From assembly GCA_965204375.1 (NCBI GenBank), contig OZ241986.1:544001-608000 (forward strand): 64,000 nucleotides of DNA, read 5' to 3'. Position numbers and translations under genes: made by a program. Positions 49,901-56,601 of this stretch are shown piece after piece. The notes under the pieces are model-generated. The model was not told the DNA's origin, did not search any database, and saw only the letters and a list, made by a program, of their open reading frames with translations. Origin of the DNA: Candidatus Latescibacterota bacterium (GTDB taxonomy: Bacteria > Latescibacterota > UBA2968). The first letter of the stretch is position 1. Each line of letters starts with the position of its first letter.

Positions 49901-50104
49901 CGCGGGCGATTCATAGACTCATTTGACGAGTGGTTGGGTGATTGCAGCCGCAATCGCATCAAGGAGAATATGGCGAATGATGCCATTCTCGAGAGCCGAG
50001 CAAAAAAAATGGAAATTGAAAAAATCGTTGATAAGATGCAGCTCGCCGAGGACTTAGCAGCCAAACGCGAGGTCATGGACGCGATAAGCAAGAGGGTAAT
50101 GTAA
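47000..50104 (+). CDS. HerA/FtsK/VirB4-superfamily (DUF87-like) ATPase with long N-terminal extension
   Basis: GLTGSGKTTT Walker A, LVIEEAHRL Walker B, EMRSYG arginine finger, AEQIPTK, NTNTKIIHRL. Confidence 0.9.
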   Translation: MANLNDKSLALERPKVLSQEDGAKELEEIFSELLPWAIEAKDDAALLRENTIQSRDDIETFLGSIYLFHVGEISISTETQDAADLIYKRHQAAIIAAYQSGYTLTTIIAGNGGTVDIFLGVCSEEDRDVKDVFSEQLQGIYPGKGIKFVDESIKDRLEKKKYEHGGVLTGIPTQKIDEEKQTFDLSSVIRSMNGQEFLLAIVFRPIEKKHEATEQLLKLMELKDLCHALANRRISVDENVSESGSQSDSKGKSGGQSKSPNIFKSFVQSLWSGLQTDTEGWSKTTINTEGWSKSSGRSFSLEQPDTFAMELENIADKLITRLRNGLNIGLWESFITYATTSSTAAQILSGTLAGELIKADPEALPMRNVAGQLSPAVPLYIPRKRDGKSLIEGNKLLSFVSSDEAALLMAPPLSSVPGYDIRVKPALSLTDTTDHRGHPIGRISEHGREVQDSEFKISKEDVRKHIFVSGLTGSGKTTTVKHILNCIDDTSFLVIESAKREYRRLLREEKYDERLDVYTVGDANISPIRHNPFMVLPGVSLIIHIDNLKSIFYASFSLYGPMPYILEKCIYNIYEDRGWNLTTGKHQRVTIETFEDCNNHRFIYPTIRDLIDEVNRYVEDELEYDGELKDNIRSAIVARLESLAVGAKGFLFNTHEAIDIKDFLNRNVVLELESLSDDDDKAFFVGLILALVSEYRQSNARQSESVQDTRDARDDLRHVLVIEEAHRLLKNVQTERTHEMLGNPKGKAVESFCNLIAEMRSYGQGVIVAEQIPTKIAPDVIKNTNTKIIHRLVSLDDQIAVGTGLGLDEHECRYLNQLSAGTALAHKEGMSKPVEISVFNELRNDPMGDIRIKRFGSERTPNLPSELALHESGLLESQHLRAIALRLVNSFFMSDIELNNLLSDAITTVKKGEQLTYVKDETIEHALKERFYRILFSATLGFVNEKAIDEEILKIFNRLWQDRDRFDRGRFIDSFDEWLGDCSRNRIKENMANDAILESRAKKMEIEKIVDKMQLAEDLAAKREVMDAISKRVM

Positions 50105-50739
50105 TGGCAGTTGAAACCGCAGTTGCGGCTATAGCAGCAGAAGGCGTGGCGGAAGTGGCGGTTGCCGAAATGGCGTCTGAGGTCATTGCCGAATCTTCAA
50201 TCAGCGGGGCAGCCGAATTGGACGGAATCCTTTCTGCCATTGAGAAAGAGGTCCCGCGAGAAATCGTCAACAAACAGGTTGACGCGGTACTTCAAGATAC
50301 GGCATTACGCAGTGAACTCGTCCCGCAAATCGAAACCAAGAACCAGCATTTGGAAGGGACGCTACACCCTGAAACGGATGTTCCCTTTGAATCCAAATGG
50401 GTCGAAACTCGTGAAGGCTACAAAGAAGGCGTGTTTCCTGATTTTTCTGCATCTTATGAGACTCAGCTTCCCGAGAATTTACATGAAGCAAGTGATTATG
50501 AGCAGGCCACGTATTGTAACGAACAATTGGGTCAAGCTTCTGAGAATGGCAATCTCAATACAGAGCAATTCACAGACAGGCAATTGGAACAGATTCGCAA
50601 TGGAGATAAGCCCGAGGGATATACTTGGCACCACCATGAGGACCTGGGACGCATGCAGTTAGTGCCTTCAGATATTCACGAAAAAACAGGGCATACAGGT
50701 GGTCGCAGCTTATGGGGTGGTGGGAGTGAAGCTCGATAA
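50104..50739 (+). CDS. HNH-fold nuclease toxin, WHH / colicin-DNase-like
   Basis: HPETDVPF, FPDF, GYTWHHHEDLGRMQLVPSDIHEKTGHTGG; TAATG coupling to the ATPase. Confidence 0.9.
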   Translation: MAVETAVAAIAAEGVAEVAVAEMASEVIAESSISGAAELDGILSAIEKEVPREIVNKQVDAVLQDTALRSELVPQIETKNQHLEGTLHPETDVPFESKWVETREGYKEGVFPDFSASYETQLPENLHEASDYEQATYCNEQLGQASENGNLNTEQFTDRQLEQIRNGDKPEGYTWHHHEDLGRMQLVPSDIHEKTGHTGGRSLWGGGSEAR

Positions 50740-50754
50740 AAAAGAGAGCATACT

Positions 50755-51153
50755 ATGAATTTGAAATGGAAATACGTTGAGCCATTGGATGAGAGCCAAT
50801 TGTCTAAAATTGAGGATCATTTTGGCCTGAGCTTGCCGGATGATTACAAGAAATCACTCTCGGAATGCAATCAGGGAAAACCCACCTTAGAACGTTTTGA
50901 TACAGAATTTAAAAAGGAGTGTGTTCTCGATTATATGATTGATCTCTCGGATATGGTTTCCCTCGCCAAAACTATGTCTGCCGATTACGACATTGAGAAT
51001 TTGATACCCATATCACGCGACCCATTTGGAAATCTGATTGCCTTTCGGATAGCAGGACGGCAGGTGGATGGAGTGGTGTTTTGGGATCATGAAACAAATA
51101 AAATTTCCAAAATTTCAGGTAGTTTTACAGAATTTATCGAAAAGCTATACTGA
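50755..51153 (+). CDS. SMI1/KNR4 (SUKH) family immunity protein
   Basis: IEDHFGLSLPDDYK, IPISRDPFGNLIAF, VVFWDHE, ISGSFTEFIEKL. Confidence 0.92.
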   Translation: MNLKWKYVEPLDESQLSKIEDHFGLSLPDDYKKSLSECNQGKPTLERFDTEFKKECVLDYMIDLSDMVSLAKTMSADYDIENLIPISRDPFGNLIAFRIAGRQVDGVVFWDHETNKISKISGSFTEFIEKLY

Positions 51154-51197
51154 CCGATTTATCGGAGGGGTGTGCACAAATCAAAAATTACACTTCA

Positions 51198-51935
51198 ATG
51201 AGTGAATTGAGAACGATTATGAACACCATCCATACCATAGAAGACCTGATACAACTCCTGGACGAAAATCCCCAGTGGACCGAAGCCATGCGTGCCCGGC
51301 TATTGACGCGCGAACTGATTGAACTGCCCGAAAAGTTCACACAGTTTGCCGTCGAGATGAATAGCTTTGTTGCAGAGGTAAAGAGCTTCATCGAGGCCAC
51401 GAACCGGCGTTTTGAAAGCCTTGAACAGTACCTTGACCAGTCCATTGAGGCCACGAATCGGCGTTTTGATACACTCGAAAATAGAGTGAAGTCCATCCAG
51501 GATGATGTAGGGATACTCAAAGGTGCCCACGCCCGCAGTGCCGCGCTTAGAGAGGCCACCTCCATTGCCAGGGACATCGGCCTTCAGCGGACGAAAAACC
51601 TCACTCAGGACGATCTGTGGGCACTGACCGACCTCGCCGATACATCGGGTATTCCCGTAAACGAACTGAGGAGTTTCCGCCGCGCCGATCTGATCATGGA
51701 GGCCACCGATCTGAATGGCGAAACTTGCTACATCGCCGTGGAAATTTCCTTTACCGCCAATGGCCGGGACACCACTCGCGCCCTCCGAAACGCCGATTTT
51801 TTGACGAGGTTCACGAGTAAGCAATCCTATGCCGCTGTGGCTGGTCTGTACCGAGATGACCGCATACAGGACGAAATCGAATCTGGAGAAGTATTCTGGT
51901 ATCAACTGGATCCGGAAGTCTTGGAAGCAGAGTAA
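51198..51935 (+). CDS. Coiled-coil protein with C-terminal PD-(D/E)XK-like region
   Basis: LLDENPQW...RARLLTREL N-terminus, duplicated IEATNRRF, ADLIME...YIAVEIS. Confidence 0.65.
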   Translation: MSELRTIMNTIHTIEDLIQLLDENPQWTEAMRARLLTRELIELPEKFTQFAVEMNSFVAEVKSFIEATNRRFESLEQYLDQSIEATNRRFDTLENRVKSIQDDVGILKGAHARSAALREATSIARDIGLQRTKNLTQDDLWALTDLADTSGIPVNELRSFRRADLIMEATDLNGETCYIAVEISFTANGRDTTRALRNADFLTRFTSKQSYAAVAGLYRDDRIQDEIESGEVFWYQLDPEVLEAE

Positions 51936-51985
51936 CAACCCATGCCCTTTCTTCCCTACACAATAACAACGGCTAAAGGCCATTT

Positions 51986-52930
51986 ATGCGTCACAAAAAG
52001 CTATCAAAGCGTTCTCGCATCCGACACTCGATTCTCGGTGCAATAGGCAATACGCCGCTGTTGCGTATCCGGGACCTGGGAGACAAGATCAATCCCGAGG
52101 TTGAAATCTGGGCGAAGTTGGAGATGTTTAACCCGGGCGGATCGGTCAAGGATCGCCCCGCTTTGCAGATGATTGAAGATGCCGAAAAAGCAGGGGTGCT
52201 CACGCCGGAGAAAGTGATTTTGGATTCGACTTCGGGCAATACGGGTATTGCGTATGCCATGATCGGCGCAGCAAAGGGATACCGCGTCGAGTTGGTTATG
52301 CCCGAGAGCGTGAGTATTGAGCGGCGATACGTCATTCAGTCTTATGGATCTGATCTGGTGTTGAGCGACCCTCTTGAAGGTTCAGATGGTGCGATTTTGA
52401 AATGTCGAGAAATGCTGGCTGCAAATCCCGATTTGTATTACAAACCCGATCAGTACAATAATCCATCCAATTCCAGGGCACATTATTTGCATACGGCACC
52501 GGAAATCTGGTCGCAGACACAGGGGAGGGTGACGCATTTTGTGGCGACGTTGGGCACGAGCGGTACTGTAATGGGGACTGGCAGAGGTCTGAGGGCATTT
52601 AATCCCGATGTGCAGATTATTGCCGTTGAACCACCCGAATTTCACGGGATTGAGGGCCTGAAAAATATGGATGTGTCTATTGTGCCAGGTATTTACGATC
52701 CATCGGTGTGGGACCAGAAGATTCGGATTGAAACAGAAGATGCGTATGACATTGCGCGATGGTTGACGCGAGATATGGGTTTGCTGGTGGGGCAGTCTTG
52801 CGGTGCGGCGATGGCCGCTGCTCTAAAAGTTGCCGAGACTCTGGATGAAGGGGTCATCGTCACTTTGTTTCCCGATAGTGGTGAAAAGTATATGAGTACG
52901 CCTCTGTGGCGGCTCGATCCCGAGAGGTAG
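51986..52930 (+). CDS. cysM: PLP-dependent cysteine synthase (CysM-like)
   Basis: IGNTPL, NPGGSVKDR, STSGNTG, GTSGT; directly upstream of mec and cysO. Confidence 0.85.
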   Translation: MRHKKLSKRSRIRHSILGAIGNTPLLRIRDLGDKINPEVEIWAKLEMFNPGGSVKDRPALQMIEDAEKAGVLTPEKVILDSTSGNTGIAYAMIGAAKGYRVELVMPESVSIERRYVIQSYGSDLVLSDPLEGSDGAILKCREMLAANPDLYYKPDQYNNPSNSRAHYLHTAPEIWSQTQGRVTHFVATLGTSGTVMGTGRGLRAFNPDVQIIAVEPPEFHGIEGLKNMDVSIVPGIYDPSVWDQKIRIETEDAYDIARWLTRDMGLLVGQSCGAAMAAALKVAETLDEGVIVTLFPDSGEKYMSTPLWRLDPER

Positions 52931-52932
52931 AG

Positions 52933-53388
52933 ATGTTTGACAAAGCGATTTGGGACGCCATGTTTGTCCATGCACAGCGGGAATACCCGGCTGAGTGTTG
53001 CGGTATTGTGACCGAAGATGCTTCGGGGGGGCAGGTGATTCATCCGTGTGAGAATATCCAGGATAAATTGCACGCTGCCGATCCCGAAACCCATCCGCGC
53101 ACTTCCCGGACAGCCTATCGCATGAACGATATGCAGGTGATGAAAATTCAATCGGAGACGGAGCAAGCGGGTGGGCGGATTGTCGCGATCTATCATTCGC
53201 ATATCGATGTAGATGCTTATTTTTCTCAAGAGGATCAAGATGCGGCGACATTTTTTGGTGAGCCAACCTATCCGGGCGTGGTTTATCCCATCATTCCAGT
53301 AAAAAATGCCCGGGTGGATATCGGCGGGGAAAAAGTTTTTCAATGGCGTGATTCGTCGTCAAAATTTGAGGAAGTGGAAATTCGGTGA
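52933..53388 (+). CDS. mec: JAB/MPN+ (M67) metallopeptidase, Mec-like
   Basis: YPAECCG, YHSH...YFSQED JAMM motif. Confidence 0.85.
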   Translation: MFDKAIWDAMFVHAQREYPAECCGIVTEDASGGQVIHPCENIQDKLHAADPETHPRTSRTAYRMNDMQVMKIQSETEQAGGRIVAIYHSHIDVDAYFSQEDQDAATFFGEPTYPGVVYPIIPVKNARVDIGGEKVFQWRDSSSKFEEVEIR

Positions 53389-53410
53389 AATGTAAAAAAG
53401 GAGGTAACAA

Positions 53411-53686
53411 ATGGCTGTCACAGTTCGGATTCCAACGCCGTTGCGCAAATTTACAGGTGATCAATCCGATGTAGAAGTGCAGGGCGCGACGGTTGGGGAA
53501 GCTATCGACAATCTCGAAGCACAGCATGCGGGCATTAAGGAACACATGGTCGATGAGTCGGGTGCTATTCGACGCTTTGTCAATGTGTATGTCAACGAAG
53601 AGGATATTCGCTTTCTGGATGGACCCGATACGGATCTCAAAGACGGCGACCAGGTGACTATTGTGCCTGCGATTGCCGGTGGGTAA
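53411..53686 (+). CDS. cysO: MoaD/ThiS-family sulfur carrier protein (CysO-like)
   Basis: VRIPTPLR, FVNVYVNEEDIRF, C-terminal AIAGG. Confidence 0.85.
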   Translation: MAVTVRIPTPLRKFTGDQSDVEVQGATVGEAIDNLEAQHAGIKEHMVDESGAIRRFVNVYVNEEDIRFLDGPDTDLKDGDQVTIVPAIAGG

Positions 53687-53752
53687 AAAACGGTCAGATA
53701 TCAATCCTCGCCGTTTTTATGTGCTGTGCGGGGAATAACCACTAACCACTTC

Positions 53753-53780
53753 GTAAGGGCGGGTTTCAAACCCGTCCCTA
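53753..53780. repeat. REP-like palindrome (GTAG/RAYT type)
   Basis: GTAAGGGCGGGTTTCAAACCCGTCCCTA imperfect hairpin. Confidence 0.7.
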
Positions 53781-53789
53781 ACTAATCTT

Positions 53790-54221
53790 ATGATGCACAT
53801 TTCCGCTAAAGGTGACTATGGTTTGCGCGCGGTCTTAGACCTGTGTCTGCACGATGGGAAAGGGCCAATTTTGCGTACCGATATCGCTGCGCGGCAACAC
53901 ATCCCCGAAGCGTATCTGGTGCAACTGCTCAATCTTTTGCGAAAAGCCGGTTTGGTACACAGCATTCGCGGTCCCAAAGGCGGACATGTGTTGTTGAAAC
54001 GTCCAGATGAACTGACCGTGGAAGAGGTGTTGGCTGCTCTGGAGGGGCCTGTCAATTTGGTGGATAAGCGCGAAAAGGCTGAGGATGCGGGAACAGATGT
54101 GCTCAATGACGTGTGGGAAGCTGTGGGGACCGCTGTACACGATGTCCTGTCATCGGTGACATTTGCCGATTTGTGCCGAAAGTACCGGGCGCGTCAGATG
54201 CCTGTCACATTCCGGATTTGA
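53790..54221 (+). CDS. Rrf2 family transcriptional regulator (CymR-like)
   Basis: YGLRAVLDL, YLVQLLNLLRKAGLVHSIRGPKGG; lacks the IscR cysteine triad. Confidence 0.92.
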   Translation: MMHISAKGDYGLRAVLDLCLHDGKGPILRTDIAARQHIPEAYLVQLLNLLRKAGLVHSIRGPKGGHVLLKRPDELTVEEVLAALEGPVNLVDKREKAEDAGTDVLNDVWEAVGTAVHDVLSSVTFADLCRKYRARQMPVTFRI

Positions 54222-54223
54222 TT

Positions 54224-55144
54224 ATGGATGGCGCGAAAACTGGACATACGGTGTTGGACCTCGTGGGCAACACGCCCATGGTACAACTGAACTCGGTGGG
54301 ACCTGAAAATGGTGCTCAGCTTTGGGCGAAATTGGAATTTTTTAACCCGGCGGGCAGCGTAAAAGATCGCACGGCTCTCGCTATGGTTGAGGCCGCAGAA
54401 GAAAATGGGCAACTCAAACCCGGTATGACCATTGTGGAACCGACCAGTGGCAATACGGGTATTGGCCTTGCCATGGTGGCTGCGATTAAAAATTATCGGC
54501 TGATCATTACCATGCCCGAAGGCGTCAGCGACGAGCGCACCCGATTGCTCAAAGCTTATGGTGCCGAGGTTGTGCTAACACCCGTCCGCGAGGGGATGCG
54601 GGGGGCAATTGAAAAAGCGTGGACGCTTAAGGACAAAAATTGTTTTATTCCGATGCAGTTTGAAAATCCCGCCAATCCCGAGATTCATCGGCAGACCACT
54701 GCCAGCGAGATGATTTCACAACTCGAGGGCGTTCCCGATGCTTTTGTCGCAGGTGTGGGAACGGGGGGGACCGTGACCGGTGTGGGCGAGGTTTTTAAGC
54801 AGGTGCGATCAGATGTCGTGGTCGTCGGCGTAGAGCCAAGGGATTCTGCGGTGTTATCGGGTGGAGAACCCGGTCCCACTGAGATCGATGGTCTGGGCGC
54901 AGGCATGATTCCAGATGTGCTGAATACGGAAATACTGGATCGCGTGATTGCCGTATCCAATTCGGATGCGCGCAAGATGTCAAAGCGATTGGCGCGCGAA
55001 GAGGGCTTGCTGGTGGGGATTTCGTCGGGTGCAGCAGCACACGCCGCCGCTGTTGTCGCTTCTGGTATGAGACCTCAACAGACGGTCGCAACGGTATTGT
55101 GCGATACCGGTGAACGGTATTTGGGCACGTTTTTATTTGGGTGA
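54224..55144 (+). CDS. cysK: Cysteine synthase A
   Basis: VGNTPMV, NPAGSVKDR, EPTSGNTG, QFENPAN, GTGGT, DTGERYL. Confidence 0.92.
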   Translation: MDGAKTGHTVLDLVGNTPMVQLNSVGPENGAQLWAKLEFFNPAGSVKDRTALAMVEAAEENGQLKPGMTIVEPTSGNTGIGLAMVAAIKNYRLIITMPEGVSDERTRLLKAYGAEVVLTPVREGMRGAIEKAWTLKDKNCFIPMQFENPANPEIHRQTTASEMISQLEGVPDAFVAGVGTGGTVTGVGEVFKQVRSDVVVVGVEPRDSAVLSGGEPGPTEIDGLGAGMIPDVLNTEILDRVIAVSNSDARKMSKRLAREEGLLVGISSGAAAHAAAVVASGMRPQQTVATVLCDTGERYLGTFLFG

Positions 55145-55160
55145 TGCACGCGATTGTGAC

Positions 55161-55200
55161 AAAAAAACCCGGCATCTTTTTGAGATTGCCGGGGTTTTTT
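55161..55200. terminator. Bidirectional terminator between cysK and rpsT
   Basis: A7-CCCGGCA...TGCCGGG-T-rich tract. Confidence 0.85.
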
Positions 55201-55215
55201 GTTTTTGCAGATATT

Positions 55216-55473
55216 TTACGATTCAAGGTCAGCGACGTGGCGCCGTACTCTCGATTTGTAGCGGGCGGCCGCATTGCGGTGGATAACGCCTTTTTGGGCT
55301 GTTTTATCAATTATGGACTGCGTGCGATTGATCAGTGCTTCTGCTTCTTCTTTGCTATTTGTCGCCAGTATTTTTTTAAGAGAAGTACGCAAGGCCGAAC
55401 GCGTACCCCTGTTGCGGAGCCTGGCTTTTTCAGCCTGGCGCATGCGTTTTTTTGAAGATGCCAATGTGGGCAA
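55216..55473 (-). CDS. rpsT: 30S ribosomal protein S20
   Basis: SSKKRMRQAEKARLRNR...IDKTAQKGVIHRNAAARYKS; TTG start after GGAGGT. Confidence 0.95.
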   Translation of the reverse strand: MPTLASSKKRMRQAEKARLRNRGTRSALRTSLKKILATNSKEEAEALINRTQSIIDKTAQKGVIHRNAAARYKSRVRRHVADLES

Positions 55474-55631
55474 GGGATTCACCTCCTTAGAGAGTTTTCC
55501 AAAATTCAGAATACAAAATCTAACCATTTAGAGGTATTTGCACAACCCATTTTTCATTTTCTTGTTTTTTTCTGTTTCTGTCTTATTTTACCGCGCAGGT
55601 ATTTAATCAAAACTATTCAGGAGGAATTACA

Positions 55632-56582
55632 ATGGCATCAACTATTTATGTTGGCACAATCGGTCAGGGCGTCTGGCGAAGTGAAGATGGTGGCGACTCC
55701 TGGCGGCGCACGAGCAGCGGTATGTTCTCGGAATCGGATATTCGCGCCATTGCCGTGCATCCGGATGATGCGTCAATTCTCTTTGCGGGAACAGAGGCCG
55801 GTATTTATCGCTCGCAAAACGGGGGGGACAACTGGGAAAAATTGGATTCTCCAATGAACGGTATGCAAATCTGGTCCATTGCGATTCACCCCAGAAGTCC
55901 AAATACGGTTTATGCTGGCACATGTCCTTCTGCACTATTTCGGTCGGATGATGGCGGTGAGACGTGGAAGCAACTTTCCGTGGAACTCGTCGAGGATTGC
56001 GGTGCTATTATTCCGCGCGTCACGACTATTATCACAGATCCGACAGATGATCAGACCGTCTATGCGGGTATTGAAATCGACGGCATGCGGATTAGCAGAG
56101 ACGGCGGCGAGACATGGACATCTGGTAATGAGGGGCTTTCGAGTCTCGACATTCACGGCCTCGCGCTTGTTCCCGGAAGTCCAAAAACACTTGTGGCTGG
56201 CACAAATAATGATGTGTGCATCACAACCGATATGATGAATTGGACACGGCTCAATGTGAAAGCAGAGTTTCCCTGGCCCTATTGCAGGGGGGTGCTCTAT
56301 ATGTCAAATGGTCGGGTGTATGTCGGCGCGGGAAATGGTCCACCAGGCAATGAGGGGGGGCTGTTCTACACTTCTGATCTGGGACATTCGTGGGAGCGTG
56401 CCGATCTGAATGGCAATACCAACAGCACGGTCTGGGCGATTGCCCACAATCCCGCTGTGCCGAATTTGATGATAGCGTATAGTATTGCCGGACAAATTTT
56501 TAGCAGTACCGACAATGGCGATTCCTGGACGAAGATCACCCGCGAGTTCGGCGAAGTTCGCGCGGTAGCTATTGCGCCGTGA
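55632..56582 (+). CDS. BNR-repeat beta-propeller protein (WD40/YVTN-like)
   Basis: Repeated S.DGG.(S/T)W Asp boxes. Confidence 0.85.
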   Translation: MASTIYVGTIGQGVWRSEDGGDSWRRTSSGMFSESDIRAIAVHPDDASILFAGTEAGIYRSQNGGDNWEKLDSPMNGMQIWSIAIHPRSPNTVYAGTCPSALFRSDDGGETWKQLSVELVEDCGAIIPRVTTIITDPTDDQTVYAGIEIDGMRISRDGGETWTSGNEGLSSLDIHGLALVPGSPKTLVAGTNNDVCITTDMMNWTRLNVKAEFPWPYCRGVLYMSNGRVYVGAGNGPPGNEGGLFYTSDLGHSWERADLNGNTNSTVWAIAHNPAVPNLMIAYSIAGQIFSSTDNGDSWTKITREFGEVRAVAIAP

Positions 56583-56601
56583 TACAGGTGATGGATAGTG
56601 G

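Noticed and set aside
51154-51166. CCGATTTATCGG after the SMI1 gene as the continuation of hicA (DLS)
   Set aside because: The match is only about 10 nt, and the following codons do not resemble HicA.
41315-51960. tRNA-Lys as the integration site of the island
   Set aside because: cysH lies between the tRNA and the island, and I found no duplicated tRNA 3' end or integrase.
52933-53686. JAB peptidase + ubiquitin-like protein next to a defence-like island as a Bil/CBASS-type system
   Set aside because: No E1/E2 or cyclase is present; the pair sits between cysteine synthases and matches the Mec/CysO arrangement.
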